The translations under genes were made by a program, and so were the position numbers. 64,000 bases of DNA from an uncultured delta proteobacterium (GTDB lineage: Bacteria > Desulfobacterota > Binatia > DP-6): the NCBI GenBank assembly GCA_963815115.1, contig CAWFFN010000012.1, positions 384,001 through 448,000 on the forward strand, written 5' to 3'. Shown one piece after another: positions 42,983-52,585 of this stretch; positions within the stretch are counted from its first letter, which is position 1, and each line of letters begins with the position of its first letter. The notes below the pieces were generated by a model that saw only the letters and a list, made by a program, of their open reading frames with translations, made no database searches and was not told the origin of the DNA.

Positions 42983-43011
42983 AGTCTATCCGGGCCCCCG
43001 GCCGCTTTCAA
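42983..43011 (-). promoter_or_regulatory. sigma70 promoter of the VKOR-DsbA operon
   Basis: TTGAAA-17 nt-TAGACT, 15 nt before the ATG. Confidence 0.65.
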
Positions 43012-43013
43012 CG

Positions 43014-44936
43014 TCAGAACTGGTACGTGAGGCGGAGCGAGGTCTCGGTGCGGCCGGCGTTTATGCCGGCGACGCCGAAGGTCTCGAAGATGGGCGTGCT
43101 GGTCCCGCGTGGCGTGATGAAGTAGCGCTGTGCGAGGTTCACCACGAAGTCGTCGCGCACCACGTAGTCGAACGACCAGAAGGCTTCCATGTTCCACTGG
43201 TTCACCGGATCGACCGCCATGCCGAGCGTCGGCACCATGCTGCCGCCGCGGTAGAACGAGAAGGCCGCCAGGGTGAAGAGCGTTTCCCAGCCGCGGATCT
43301 TGTCACGGAAGGAGACGCGCGACCCGCGGACACTCGACGGCAGGTCGAGGCCGCCGACCAGACACTCGCCCTGCGCGGCGCGAACCGAGGGCGTGAGGTT
43401 GGCGACCTCCTGTGCGCGGCAGTGTGGATTGTCGAGCAGATTGTGCCAGAAGAACTGCCCGGTGAGGAACCAGGTGCTCTTCTTGTTGAGCCACTTGATC
43501 CACGTCGGACGGTCGAATGCGAGCATGCCCTTCCACATGTTCTTCTTGGTGACGCCGGGGAGCGCCGGCGTGTCGATCACCCCCACCTTCGAGACGTCGA
43601 AGAACGGCACGCCGTTGTCGAAGATGCTCTCGAAGCGGAACACGGTCTGGGTGAAGGTCTCGTCCGAGTAGTTGGCCGAGACGCCGACGGTGTGCACGTA
43701 CGGAAAGTAGGCCTCGGCCGGGAACGTGCCGTTCTGGAAGAGCTTGGTCGAGTTCGCGACGATCTTCGCGTTCTTCTTCGGATGCAGCGGGTCTTGCAGC
43801 AGCACCCGCAGCGGGGCGGAGTTCGTGCCGTCGTTGGCACCGTCCCAGCGCTGGTAGAAGTAGTTGAGCGTGAACTCGAGCCCGAACGGCGTGATGCCGT
43901 GGTAGCGCACGCCCACCTGGCTGTTGTCGAAGGCATTGCGGCTGTAGTTCCCCTGCTCGAAGAGCTTCGTGCCATGGAGCAGGCGCACGCACATCGGCTG
44001 GCCGGCGCGAGGGCCCGACGTCGCCTTGAACGGCGACAGGGCGGCGCACGGGCCGTCGAAGAAGCCGCCGTCCACCGGGTTGGTGAGGGGGTTGTAGAAA
44101 GGGAGTCCCCAGGGGCGCGGGAGATAGGTCTCCTTCGCGGGCGACCAGTCGCCCGGGTTCCAGTACCACTCGAGGAAGCTCTGCGAGAACTTCCACACGT
44201 TGCCCAGGTCGTAGAGGAACTTGATCATCCAGTACGGCCGCCGGAGCTCGTCCCACCCGAACGCGGGCGCCGGGATCTCCTGCTGCAAGTGCCAGGTGAG
44301 GTTGAGGGAGTTGATGCGGTCGAGCATCCGGAAGTTGTCGGTCTCGCCCCACACCACCTGCTGGCGGCCGCCGCGGATGCTGAGCGGGATGCCGCGGAAC
44401 TTGATGTCGGCGTAGAACTCGCGCAGCTCGTTCTCGAACCGGAGCGTGTCGAGCGCCTCGGTGCCGAGCGACTGGAGGTTCAGGTTCGGGATGGTGAGCT
44501 TGTGGTTCGGGTTGCCCGTCTTCCGCGGCGGGATGCCGATCTGGGTGGCGTAGTCGAAGTAGTTCAGGCCCTGGTAGTTCCTGCCGTGGATGTCCGTCTT
44601 CTGGAGGAAGCCGGGCGTGGTGGAGTAGATGCTGTCGTAGACGCCGCGCCAGAGCAGCGTGGCGGACGACTTCTCGATGAACGGGATGTCGTACTTGGTG
44701 ATGAACTTGCCGCCCTCGATCCAGTCGTAGTCGAGGCGGATGTGCGTCGTGTTGCGGTTCTGGACGTACTCCCAGGTGGAGGCATCGGGCGTGCGGAACA
44801 GGTTCTGCGACTGCGCGTTGCCCGAGATCTGCAACGGCCCGAACCGGAGCGTGGCGCCGGCGTGTCGTGGCGACACGACCAGCCCGCTGGCGACGAACCC
44901 GGCGAGGACGATCAACCACAGGCGGCGGTACGTCAT
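43014..44936 (-). CDS. DUF1302-like outer-membrane beta-barrel protein
   Basis: Signal peptide, LREFYAD, R.GRQQVVWGETD.FR.LD.IN, and C-terminal LRLTYQF beta-signal. Strong SD. Confidence 0.75.
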   Translation of the reverse strand: MTYRRLWLIVLAGFVASGLVVSPRHAGATLRFGPLQISGNAQSQNLFRTPDASTWEYVQNRNTTHIRLDYDWIEGGKFITKYDIPFIEKSSATLLWRGVYDSIYSTTPGFLQKTDIHGRNYQGLNYFDYATQIGIPPRKTGNPNHKLTIPNLNLQSLGTEALDTLRFENELREFYADIKFRGIPLSIRGGRQQVVWGETDNFRMLDRINSLNLTWHLQQEIPAPAFGWDELRRPYWMIKFLYDLGNVWKFSQSFLEWYWNPGDWSPAKETYLPRPWGLPFYNPLTNPVDGGFFDGPCAALSPFKATSGPRAGQPMCVRLLHGTKLFEQGNYSRNAFDNSQVGVRYHGITPFGLEFTLNYFYQRWDGANDGTNSAPLRVLLQDPLHPKKNAKIVANSTKLFQNGTFPAEAYFPYVHTVGVSANYSDETFTQTVFRFESIFDNGVPFFDVSKVGVIDTPALPGVTKKNMWKGMLAFDRPTWIKWLNKKSTWFLTGQFFWHNLLDNPHCRAQEVANLTPSVRAAQGECLVGGLDLPSSVRGSRVSFRDKIRGWETLFTLAAFSFYRGGSMVPTLGMAVDPVNQWNMEAFWSFDYVVRDDFVVNLAQRYFITPRGTSTPIFETFGVAGINAGRTETSLRLTYQF

Positions 44937-45072
44937 GCCCCCCCCTCCTTCTTCTGCAACGCGCAATACTGTGGTGAAGCCGCGCCTTTGCTAGCGCAGA
45001 AGCCCACCCGATTGCAATGCACGGAGGGTGACGTTCGGCACGGGCGGCCCCGGATCGGCGGCCAGAACGACA

Positions 45073-45104
45073 ACGGCGGGACCCGGTTGCCCGGGCCCCG
45101 CCGT
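45073..45104 (-). terminator. Putative intrinsic terminator after the Cys-rich protein gene
   Basis: 14-bp stem (one G-U pair) with GCAA loop on the minus strand, followed by TGTCGTTCT, about 30 nt after the stop. Confidence 0.6.
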
Positions 45105-45134
45105 GATTCGGTCAGGAGCGAGTGTCGGTGGTGG

Positions 45135-46678
45135 CTACTGGTTGCTGACCACCGCGGTCGCCGGCAGGAGGAGCGCTCCCGGGCCGGGGAGACCGCTCAC
45201 CTGGTTGATGAGCCCGGAGTCGGTGTGGGCGATGCAGAAGGTGCCTGCGAAGGTACCCTGGGCTCCACCGGGTATCACGGGCTTGCCCGTACGGGAGATC
45301 GTCCCGCCGCCCTTGGTCGGGAAGCAGGGAAGGGTGGTGTTGTTGGAGCAACAGAGCTGGGAGATGCCGCCCTTGGCGTCGATGCAGTTGCCCTCGGCGT
45401 CATGCGTGGTGCAGGCCCCGCCGGTGCAGCCCGCGTTGCAGGTGCCGGCTCCGCAGTTGTCGTCCTGGGTCTGCGGACCTGAGCTATCGCCGCATGGCAG
45501 CGGGCCCGTGATGACCTTGGCGGTGCCCGTGGTGAGGGGCAGCTCGATGTCGAGGGAGGTCGGTGCCGCGTCGCCCAGAGGTGAGCACGCGCTCGACAGC
45601 AGGTAGAGGCCCTGGCCGGCGACCACCACCTTGCCGTCCACACGGCAGTCGGCGCCCGGGGTCTTGGACGTGTTCGAGCACTTGCCGACGCTCCCGATGT
45701 CGCCGCCCCCGCCCGGGATCTGGCAACGCGGGCAGACCTCGTTGAACGTCGTCCGGAGGTAGACGTCGGAGAACAGGGACACCAGGTTGCCGTTCGGGAG
45801 ATTCTCGCCCGACTGACCGGTCTGGAGGTTGAAGTTGCCGCTCAGGACTTCGTTGGGCATGAAGCGGTTGACGACGCAGACCGGCGTCCCGACGGTCAGC
45901 AGCGGAAGCGGAGCCCCGAAGGTGGCCCCGTTGAGCGATCCGGCGCCCGTCGAGCCGGTCCCGGTGCACTCGAAGGTGCTGGTGCCGTCGCATCCGTCGA
46001 GGCAGTAGCGAAGCTGTGAGCCGTTGATGATCGGGAAGTTGTGCGAGGTGCCGGTCCAGCCGTTGTCGAGGTCGCTGCCCGTCGGGGGCACCGTGAAGGT
46101 GATCTGCGACGGCAGCCCGCCACGAGACGGACACGCCACCCCGCCCGCCTGGGCAGCCACGCACTGCACGCGGAGCTTGTTCACGAAGCCCTTGTCCTTC
46201 ATGACGAGCACGACGGGCTTCGACGGCTTGAACTTCTTGAACGCCTTGTTCACGTTCTTCGGTATCCGCTTGAGGGCGAGGCTCATGGTGCCGGCGATGC
46301 CGCAGCCCGGAGGCGACACGGGCGGCGCGTGGAAGGCGCTCCCGAGGAGGTTCTTCTTCGAGATGGGCGCGTTGAACGTGAGCGCCGTGAGCGGCGACGG
46401 CGTGCAGCCTTCGGGACCCTGGCCCACGCACACGTTCAGGTTGATGATGCAGATGCCGTTCGGCAGGCCGTCGGCATCGCAGGTGGGATCGCCGTCGGTA
46501 CAGGATGAGCGTGGACGGCTTGGCGGTCGTGGTGATGGTGGCTGCGGCGGGACCGGTGTCCCACACGGCGGAGCAGCTGTTCTTCTTGCCTGGTCACGAG
46601 CACTGCGTGGGCCGGCGACAGGAGTCCGGCGGTGATCGCGATCGTCGCCGCCAGCGAGGTCAGAGGAGAGAGTCTCAT
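45135..46678 (-). CDS. Secreted cysteine-rich protein; 5' part interrupted by two +1 frameshifts (near 46592 and 46507)
   Basis: SD AGGAGG and signal peptide MRLSPL...SPAHA. Re-joined frames read GKKNSCSAVWDTG...SCTDGDPTCDADGLPNGICIINLNVC into ORF 45135..46433. About 28 Cys in total. Confidence 0.75.
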
Positions 46679-46893
46679 ACGGGTCCTCCTACGTCGGCAC
46701 GCCCCCGCGCGCCGGAAGGCTTGGTCAATGGGTTTCGATCGCGTCTGTGCTGAAGAGAGAAACACGCGGAGCTGAATTTTGGGTTACCGGTATCTCGCGA
46801 GGGCGTCAACATAGACGTATGCGATGTGGCACCTGCGTGGTCCGTTTTCTCGAGTGAACGGGTTGGCGCACCGCGGCAGGGCGGTGCCGAACG

Positions 46894-47775
46894 TCACGAC
46901 TTCCCGCCGAGCGCCTGATCGATCGCCTGCTTGAACGCGTTGGCGTCCTGCGTGTTCTGCACCCGCCGTCCGTTCACGAAGAAGGTCGGCGTCCCGTTGA
47001 CGCCCACCGCGGCCGCCTCCGCCTGGTCGGCTTTCACCGCGTCGAGCGTCTTGTGCTCCGCCAGGCACTCCTTGAGCTTCGGGACGTCGAGACCGGCCGC
47101 CGTGGCGATCTCCTCGACCTTGGCGGGCAGGTTCTCCTTGCTGAGCTCGCCCTGCTTCGCGAAGAGCCCGTTGTAGAGCTTCCAGAACTGCTCGTTGCCC
47201 TGCTGGAGCGCGCACATCGACGCCACCGCCGCGTCCTCGGAGAAGGGGTGGATCTGGGTGAGCGGCATCTGCTTGAAGACGAAGCGCACCTTGTCGCCGT
47301 ACTGGGGATAGACCTGCTTCTCGAAGATCTCCCAGGCCTGGGCGCAGTAGGGACACTCGAAGTCCGAGAACTCGACGACCGTCACCTTGGCGTCGGCAGG
47401 ACCGCGTGACGGCGCGCCGTCGAGCTTGATCTTCTGCATGACGGCCTGGAATGGATCGACGGTGAGGTCGATGGCGTCGCTGCGGAAGAGGTAGCGCCCG
47501 TCGTTGGAGATGTAGAAGGGCACGTCCTGCTTCTGCTCCCCGAGCGCAGCCTCCAGATGTCCCTTGCGCCATCCGGCGATCTCGGCAGGCTCGATCTTGG
47601 TGACCTTGAAGGTCACCCCCGGGGTGCTCACCGCCTTGCCGAAGTAGTCGACGACCCGTGTCGAGATGGTCTCGTCGCTGGCGGCCGGCCCACCGCCGCC
47701 GGTCCCTCCACCGCACCCGATCGTCAGAGACAGCAGCAGCACGGCGACCGGGACGGCCCGGTGGTAGAAAAGCAT
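46894..47775 (-). CDS. DsbA-family oxidoreductase lipoprotein
   Basis: Lipobox LTIGC, VVEFSDFECPYC, GVNGTPTFFVNG. Confidence 0.92.
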   Translation of the reverse strand: MLFYHRAVPVAVLLLSLTIGCGGGTGGGGPAASDETISTRVVDYFGKAVSTPGVTFKVTKIEPAEIAGWRKGHLEAALGEQKQDVPFYISNDGRYLFRSDAIDLTVDPFQAVMQKIKLDGAPSRGPADAKVTVVEFSDFECPYCAQAWEIFEKQVYPQYGDKVRFVFKQMPLTQIHPFSEDAAVASMCALQQGNEQFWKLYNGLFAKQGELSKENLPAKVEEIATAAGLDVPKLKECLAEHKTLDAVKADQAEAAAVGVNGTPTFFVNGRRVQNTQDANAFKQAIDQALGGKS

Positions 47776-47781
47776 CGCCGG

Positions 47782-47811
47782 CTTCTAGTGCCTGCCAGCC
47801 GTGCCAGTCAA
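47782..47811 (-). promoter_or_regulatory. Putative leaderless sigma70 promoter of dsbA
   Basis: TTGACT-18 nt-TAGAAG, 6 nt before the ATG. No SD. Confidence 0.45.
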
Positions 47812-49589
47812 GGTCGTTCCAGTCCCGCGGCCACGCGGCGTCCCTCGGTCGCCATCCCGTAGTCCGGGCGGAGCTGGAGCGCGGCCTCGAAGTCGGCGCG
47901 GGCTGCCGGCGCTCCACCCCGGCCGAACAGGCTCAAAAGCGCGCGGCCGCGTTGATAGTGGGAGGTCGCCGCCTCGGCATCGGGACGCAGCGGCGCGACG
48001 GCACGCTCGAGAAGCGTCGCCAGCCCGCTCGTGACGATCGCCGGGAGCGGCCCCGTGGCGCCGACGGGAGGGCCGGCTGGCTTGCCGTCGGCCAGGAGCA
48101 CGACGGCGCCTCCGTCCAGGTACGCCACGCGCCAGCCCGGCAGGCGCGCGATCGCGGTCGCGAGCTCGAGCCGCCCGGGTGAGGGGTGGTGCAGCAGGAC
48201 CGCGGTGACGTTCCAGCGAGCCGCCACGTCGGCGAAGGCTGCGGGATCGTCGAGCACGCGCTGGTACTCGGCCCAGATCGCAGGCGGGTAGACCTGGAGG
48301 CGGCCGTCCACGAAGACCTGCCGCCGCGGGAAGGCGTGCCAGAGGATGAGGCCGCCCTGGCCGTCGTCGTTGAGGACGCGGGCTCCGGGCGCCTCGCGCT
48401 CCAGGAAGTCCACGGCGCCGGTGGGAAAGAGGAGGAGCGACTCGCCGAGGCCGAAGGCCCGGGTCAGGCGCCCGTCCTGATAGTAGCCGCCGGTGACCAC
48501 GCGCGCCGTCGCATACAGAAAGACGAGGGCCAGCCCGACGGTCAGCGCCGGCCACAGGCCGCGGCGGGAGCCGAGCCAGGCATCCATCGTCGCGACCGCG
48601 GGCCCGAGCCCGCTCGCCACCAGCGGCAGCACCCCGAACCCGAGGAGCGCGACGTTGCGCCGCGCCATCAGCGCGAGCGCGACGAATGCCACCGCCTGTG
48701 CGACGTACGCGAGCCGCCAGCGGCGCAGGGACGTGACGGCCGCGAGCAGGGTGAGGCCCAGCAGCGCGACGAGCCCGCGTGCGGCGGCGGGCGAGAGCTC
48801 GGCCAGCGTGGTGGCGCGGTGCTCGATGATGGTGAACGACAGCACGTCCGTGCCCTGGATGAGGGTCAGGAGCCAGAGCGGATACGCGGCGCCTGCCAGC
48901 CCGAAGGGAGTGACCGCACCCGCCAGCGCCACCCCGGCGGTGGCGACGGCGAGGCGGCGCGTCTCCTCCGGCGACCGGCCGCTGGCCGTGCGCCAGGCCT
49001 CCGGCATCGGGAGCCAGCGCGCGGCGAGTGCGCCACCCAGCTCGGCGCCCAGGGGGACGAGCGCGAGGACCGAGAGGGCGTGCACGTTCGCCCAGACGAT
49101 CTGGATCAGCACGAGCGTCACGACCGTGCCCCAGCCGATGGCGCCGTCGAGCAGGAGAAGCTCGAGCGCGAGAAAGCAGAGCGTCGCCGCTTCGGGACGG
49201 ACTGTGAAGCGTTCGACGGCGGCCTCCGCGGCGATGAACAGGAGCCCGGCGGCAGCCCACGCCGGCAGCCGGCGCCGGGCGAGGCGATAGGCGCAGGCGA
49301 ACGCGGCGATGAACAGAGCGCCGACGCCGAGTGCGGTGCCCTGGGGGCCCCCGACGCGCCACAGTCCGTACAGCCCGAGATCGAAGAGCCACTGCCGGTT
49401 GATCCACGGCGAGCCCGCGGCGGTGTACGAGAACGGATCGGTACGTGGCACCGCGCCCTTCGCGGCGATGAGGCGGCCGGTGGCGAGGTGCCACCAGGTG
49501 TCGGAGTCGTCCAGCCGATGCACCTGCAGCACCGCGACGAAGAGCAGCGCGGCGATCGCGACCGCGCGATCGAGCCAGGAGCGCGTCAC
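47808..49589 (-). CDS. Polytopic membrane protein, probable GT-C-fold glycosyltransferase, with C-terminal TPR-like repeat
   Basis: DSDTWWHL..GR.I, DPFSYT, W.N.H and many TM helices. Soluble C-terminal domain with VFVDGR, then a TPR-like helix pair. Confidence 0.65.
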   Translation of the reverse strand: MTRSWLDRAVAIAALLFVAVLQVHRLDDSDTWWHLATGRLIAAKGAVPRTDPFSYTAAGSPWINRQWLFDLGLYGLWRVGGPQGTALGVGALFIAAFACAYRLARRRLPAWAAAGLLFIAAEAAVERFTVRPEAATLCFLALELLLLDGAIGWGTVVTLVLIQIVWANVHALSVLALVPLGAELGGALAARWLPMPEAWRTASGRSPEETRRLAVATAGVALAGAVTPFGLAGAAYPLWLLTLIQGTDVLSFTIIEHRATTLAELSPAAARGLVALLGLTLLAAVTSLRRWRLAYVAQAVAFVALALMARRNVALLGFGVLPLVASGLGPAVATMDAWLGSRRGLWPALTVGLALVFLYATARVVTGGYYQDGRLTRAFGLGESLLLFPTGAVDFLEREAPGARVLNDDGQGGLILWHAFPRRQVFVDGRLQVYPPAIWAEYQRVLDDPAAFADVAARWNVTAVLLHHPSPGRLELATAIARLPGWRVAYLDGGAVVLLADGKPAGPPVGATGPLPAIVTSGLATLLERAVAPLRPDAEAATSHYQRGRALLSLFGRGGAPAARADFEAALQLRPDYGMATEGRRVAAGLERP

Positions 49590-49669
49590 GCGCGGGACAT
49601 AGCAGAGTCGGTGCGGCGTGCCATTGCGCGCTTGACGAGCCCGCGACGCCCCCGCTAACGACCGCAGAC

Positions 49670-50389
49670 ATGCGATGGCTGCTGGTTCGCGTCCTGCTCG
49701 CGGGCGCTCTTCTTCCAGCGACCGTACCGGCGGCGGATCAGTCTGCCCCGCCGCAGCAGACGACGCAGGTCGCAGGGACCGTGCCCGACCTCGTCGGCCG
49801 CTGGCTCGTGGTGGCCCGGATCGAGATTCCCACGCGGACCGATCTCGGGTCCACCATCGCCTCGCTGTGGGACGTGTCCGCGCCCGGAGGAACCCTGGCG
49901 TTGACGGTGCCCCAGGTGGAGCTGCCTCCGGCGCTCAAGACGGAGCTCGCGCAGGCGAACGCGCAGCATGCGCGCTGGGAGCCGACGGCGCGCGAGCTCC
50001 AGGATTTGCGCGACGGCTGGGCCACGCTCTCTCCGCTCGATCGTGATGTCGGGCAGATCGAGACCAAGATCAGCGGCAGCGACGCCTTCGACGCCACCGC
50101 GAAGGGCGAGGCGCGCATGAAGGACGCGCGCTTCATCGTGCAGCAGACCGCCGACTTCCGGCCCGGCGGCGGCCGGCCGATCAAGGACGTCTATCTCTAC
50201 GGTGCGCTCGAGCAGCAGCCGGACGGCTGGAGCGGCAACTACATGAGCGCGTCGGTCGCCCCCACGCCCATCCCCATCCCCATCACACTGAACGGGACGT
50301 TCCGCCTCTACCGGCTCGATTCGGTGCCGGCACGCGGGTTCCTCGATCGGCTTCTCGGCATGTTCTCCGGCTGTGGCCGACGTTCCTAG
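49670..50389 (+). CDS. Exported hypothetical protein
   Basis: Signal peptide and coding-like composition. TTGACG-18 nt-TAACGA upstream. Confidence 0.7.
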   Translation: MRWLLVRVLLAGALLPATVPAADQSAPPQQTTQVAGTVPDLVGRWLVVARIEIPTRTDLGSTIASLWDVSAPGGTLALTVPQVELPPALKTELAQANAQHARWEPTARELQDLRDGWATLSPLDRDVGQIETKISGSDAFDATAKGEARMKDARFIVQQTADFRPGGGRPIKDVYLYGALEQQPDGWSGNYMSASVAPTPIPIPITLNGTFRLYRLDSVPARGFLDRLLGMFSGCGRRS

Positions 50390-52503
50390 GACTGCGGCGC
50401 CCGCCCTTCCCCGGCGTCGTGCTCGCGCTGGAGCTTCTCGACCCACGGCCAGCCGATCCGGTACAGCTCCATGGCCACGCCGCGGTGGAACGGCGCGGCG
50501 ACGAAGTGGGCCATGGCGAGCTGCGGGGGGATGGCGGCCACCAGCTCGACCTGGAAATCCTTCCGCAGGGAGGCCAGCATCTCCTCTTTGCCGGGCTCGT
50601 TCGCGGGAATGTAGAGATAGGGCCGCCAGCGGTCCAGGATCAGCCGCGCCGCGGTCCTCGGCAGGTCGAAGCGCCAGCGGGCCAGGTCCGTCAGGTACAT
50701 CGCGTGCGCCACGCCGCTGTAGAACTCGATGTTCTCGGCGGGGCGCCCGACGTCCTCGGTGGTGATGACGACCGCGCCGGGCTGGAGGAGCTTCTGCATG
50801 TTGGCGCGCGCTTGCAGCATCTGCACGCGCTGGAACGGCGCGCGGTGACCGCTGTCCGCCTGCACCTGCTGGATCCTGCAGACCACCAGGGCGAGCATCA
50901 GGGCAGGTGCGGCCAGGAGGGCGACGCGGCGATTCGGTCGTAGCGCGGCGACCGCGAGAGCGACGCCGACTATGAGCGTGATGATGAGCAAGGTCGGCTG
51001 CGTGAGCGATGCGATCCCCGGAACCGCCGTGAACGTGGCCGCGCCCACGAAGAACGCCACCGAGGCGACGGCCGCCAGACCGCGCGCGAGCTGCGGCTCG
51101 TGTCGCTTCCAGAGCAGGCGCACGAGGTCGAGGGTGCCGATCGTGCCTTCCACCAGGAGCATGGGGAGGAAGACGAAGACCCCGATGAGGTAGCGAAAGT
51201 CCGCACGGGGCCAGCAGCCGAAGAAGAGGATGGCGACGACGGTGTACGAGACCGCGGCCGCGGCCAGCATCGGCCGCAGCACGGCGGCGACGATCGCACC
51301 CCAGACGACGACCCCGAGCAGGAACGGGCCGTAGGCCAGCCCGAGACTCTTCCAGATGCCCGGCAAGGTGGTGGGCAGATGCGCCAGCCGCAGCCCGCCG
51401 CCCTGCACCTGGTCGTAGGTTCCGCCGTGCCACCCGGGCGACGGGAAGCCGACCTTCGCGCCGGACTCGGGAGCCGGTGCTGCCGCCGCCGGCGGCTTCG
51501 CCACGGCGGGCGGCGTTGGTGGCGGTGGAGGGAGCGCCGGGAGGAGTGGCAGCTCCATGCCCTGCGTGGGGATCAGCGGATTCCCGGTCGCCGCCCAGTT
51601 GTAGCCCAGAAGCGGTGACATGCCGAGCATCAGGCCGAGGACGCCGGCGGCCGTCGACCGGGCGACGGCCGTCGTCGGAGAGGGCCCCGCTCGACGGTGG
51701 CGCTCGTGCAGCAAGCGCACGGCGATCATGAGCGATGCCGGCACCAGGTAGAGCACCGCATCGGGTCGGATGCTGGCGGCGAACCCGAGGGCGATCGCCG
51801 CGGCGAAGAGACGTCGGGGGGCGAGCGCGCGGCCGCGTGCCGGCAGGAGGAGAAGGAGGGCCGTGAAGGCGAAGACGTGTGCCGAGATGTCGCGCGTCAG
51901 CGTGAGACCCCAGAGGTACATGAGGGTCGGGAAGAGCGCGATGAGCACGGTGCCGGCCCCGGCCCGCCATGGCGACCGGAAGAGCCGCCACTGGAAGAGG
52001 AGGGCGATGGCGAGCAGGACGAGGTAGAGGGTCGGATTCAGGTAGTGCGCGCCGTAGTCGCCGAAGATTCCGATCCAGACGGCGAGCAGCATCGGGAAGC
52101 CCGGCGAGTAGCGGCAGTACAGTCGCCCGGCGTCGTCGACGTAGGTCTGGGCGAGGACATCGGTGCGGGCGGGCATGAACTGCTGGAGGGCGCGCAGCGG
52201 CGCCCAGTCGTGAAACACCCGGCCGGAGAGCAGGTCGTGGGCGAAGCTCAAGTAGCCGAACTGATCGACTGCCAGGTACCAGGTGATCTGTCGCTCGAGC
52301 GCGATCGCGGTGGCCGCGAAGAAGGCGAGGATGGAGACACCCCACACGATCCATCCCGCGAGGGCGAACGTGGCCGGGCGGATCCCGGGGGCGACGGCAG
52401 GCCGTGCTTTCGATCGCGGTTTCTGCTGTACCGTCGCGGCCGCCGCGCGCCCGCCGTTCGGCGACTGCGCGCGCGCTCGCGAGCGACCCGTCTTTCGCGA
52501 CAC
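50386..52503 (-). CDS. Polytopic membrane protein, probable GT-C (ArnT/PMT-like) glycosyltransferase
   Basis: Acidic first-loop motif VDQFGY..FA..L, Y.PGFP.LLA, A..IRP, YNW..TGNPL, RYL. About 12 TM segments and a Pro-rich loop. Confidence 0.65.
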   Translation of the reverse strand: MSRKTGRSRARAQSPNGGRAAAATVQQKPRSKARPAVAPGIRPATFALAGWIVWGVSILAFFAATAIALERQITWYLAVDQFGYLSFAHDLLSGRVFHDWAPLRALQQFMPARTDVLAQTYVDDAGRLYCRYSPGFPMLLAVWIGIFGDYGAHYLNPTLYLVLLAIALLFQWRLFRSPWRAGAGTVLIALFPTLMYLWGLTLTRDISAHVFAFTALLLLLPARGRALAPRRLFAAAIALGFAASIRPDAVLYLVPASLMIAVRLLHERHRRAGPSPTTAVARSTAAGVLGLMLGMSPLLGYNWAATGNPLIPTQGMELPLLPALPPPPPTPPAVAKPPAAAAPAPESGAKVGFPSPGWHGGTYDQVQGGGLRLAHLPTTLPGIWKSLGLAYGPFLLGVVVWGAIVAAVLRPMLAAAAVSYTVVAILFFGCWPRADFRYLIGVFVFLPMLLVEGTIGTLDLVRLLWKRHEPQLARGLAAVASVAFFVGAATFTAVPGIASLTQPTLLIITLIVGVALAVAALRPNRRVALLAAPALMLALVVCRIQQVQADSGHRAPFQRVQMLQARANMQKLLQPGAVVITTEDVGRPAENIEFYSGVAHAMYLTDLARWRFDLPRTAARLILDRWRPYLYIPANEPGKEEMLASLRKDFQVELVAAIPPQLAMAHFVAAPFHRGVAMELYRIGWPWVEKLQREHDAGEGRAPQS

Positions 52504-52585
52504 GCCAATCCTATAGCCGGCGGCTCGGCGGAGAGGAAAGCAGTCGTTGTCGCACGACCCCGAGCGGTGCTAGGACCGAGGCGGG

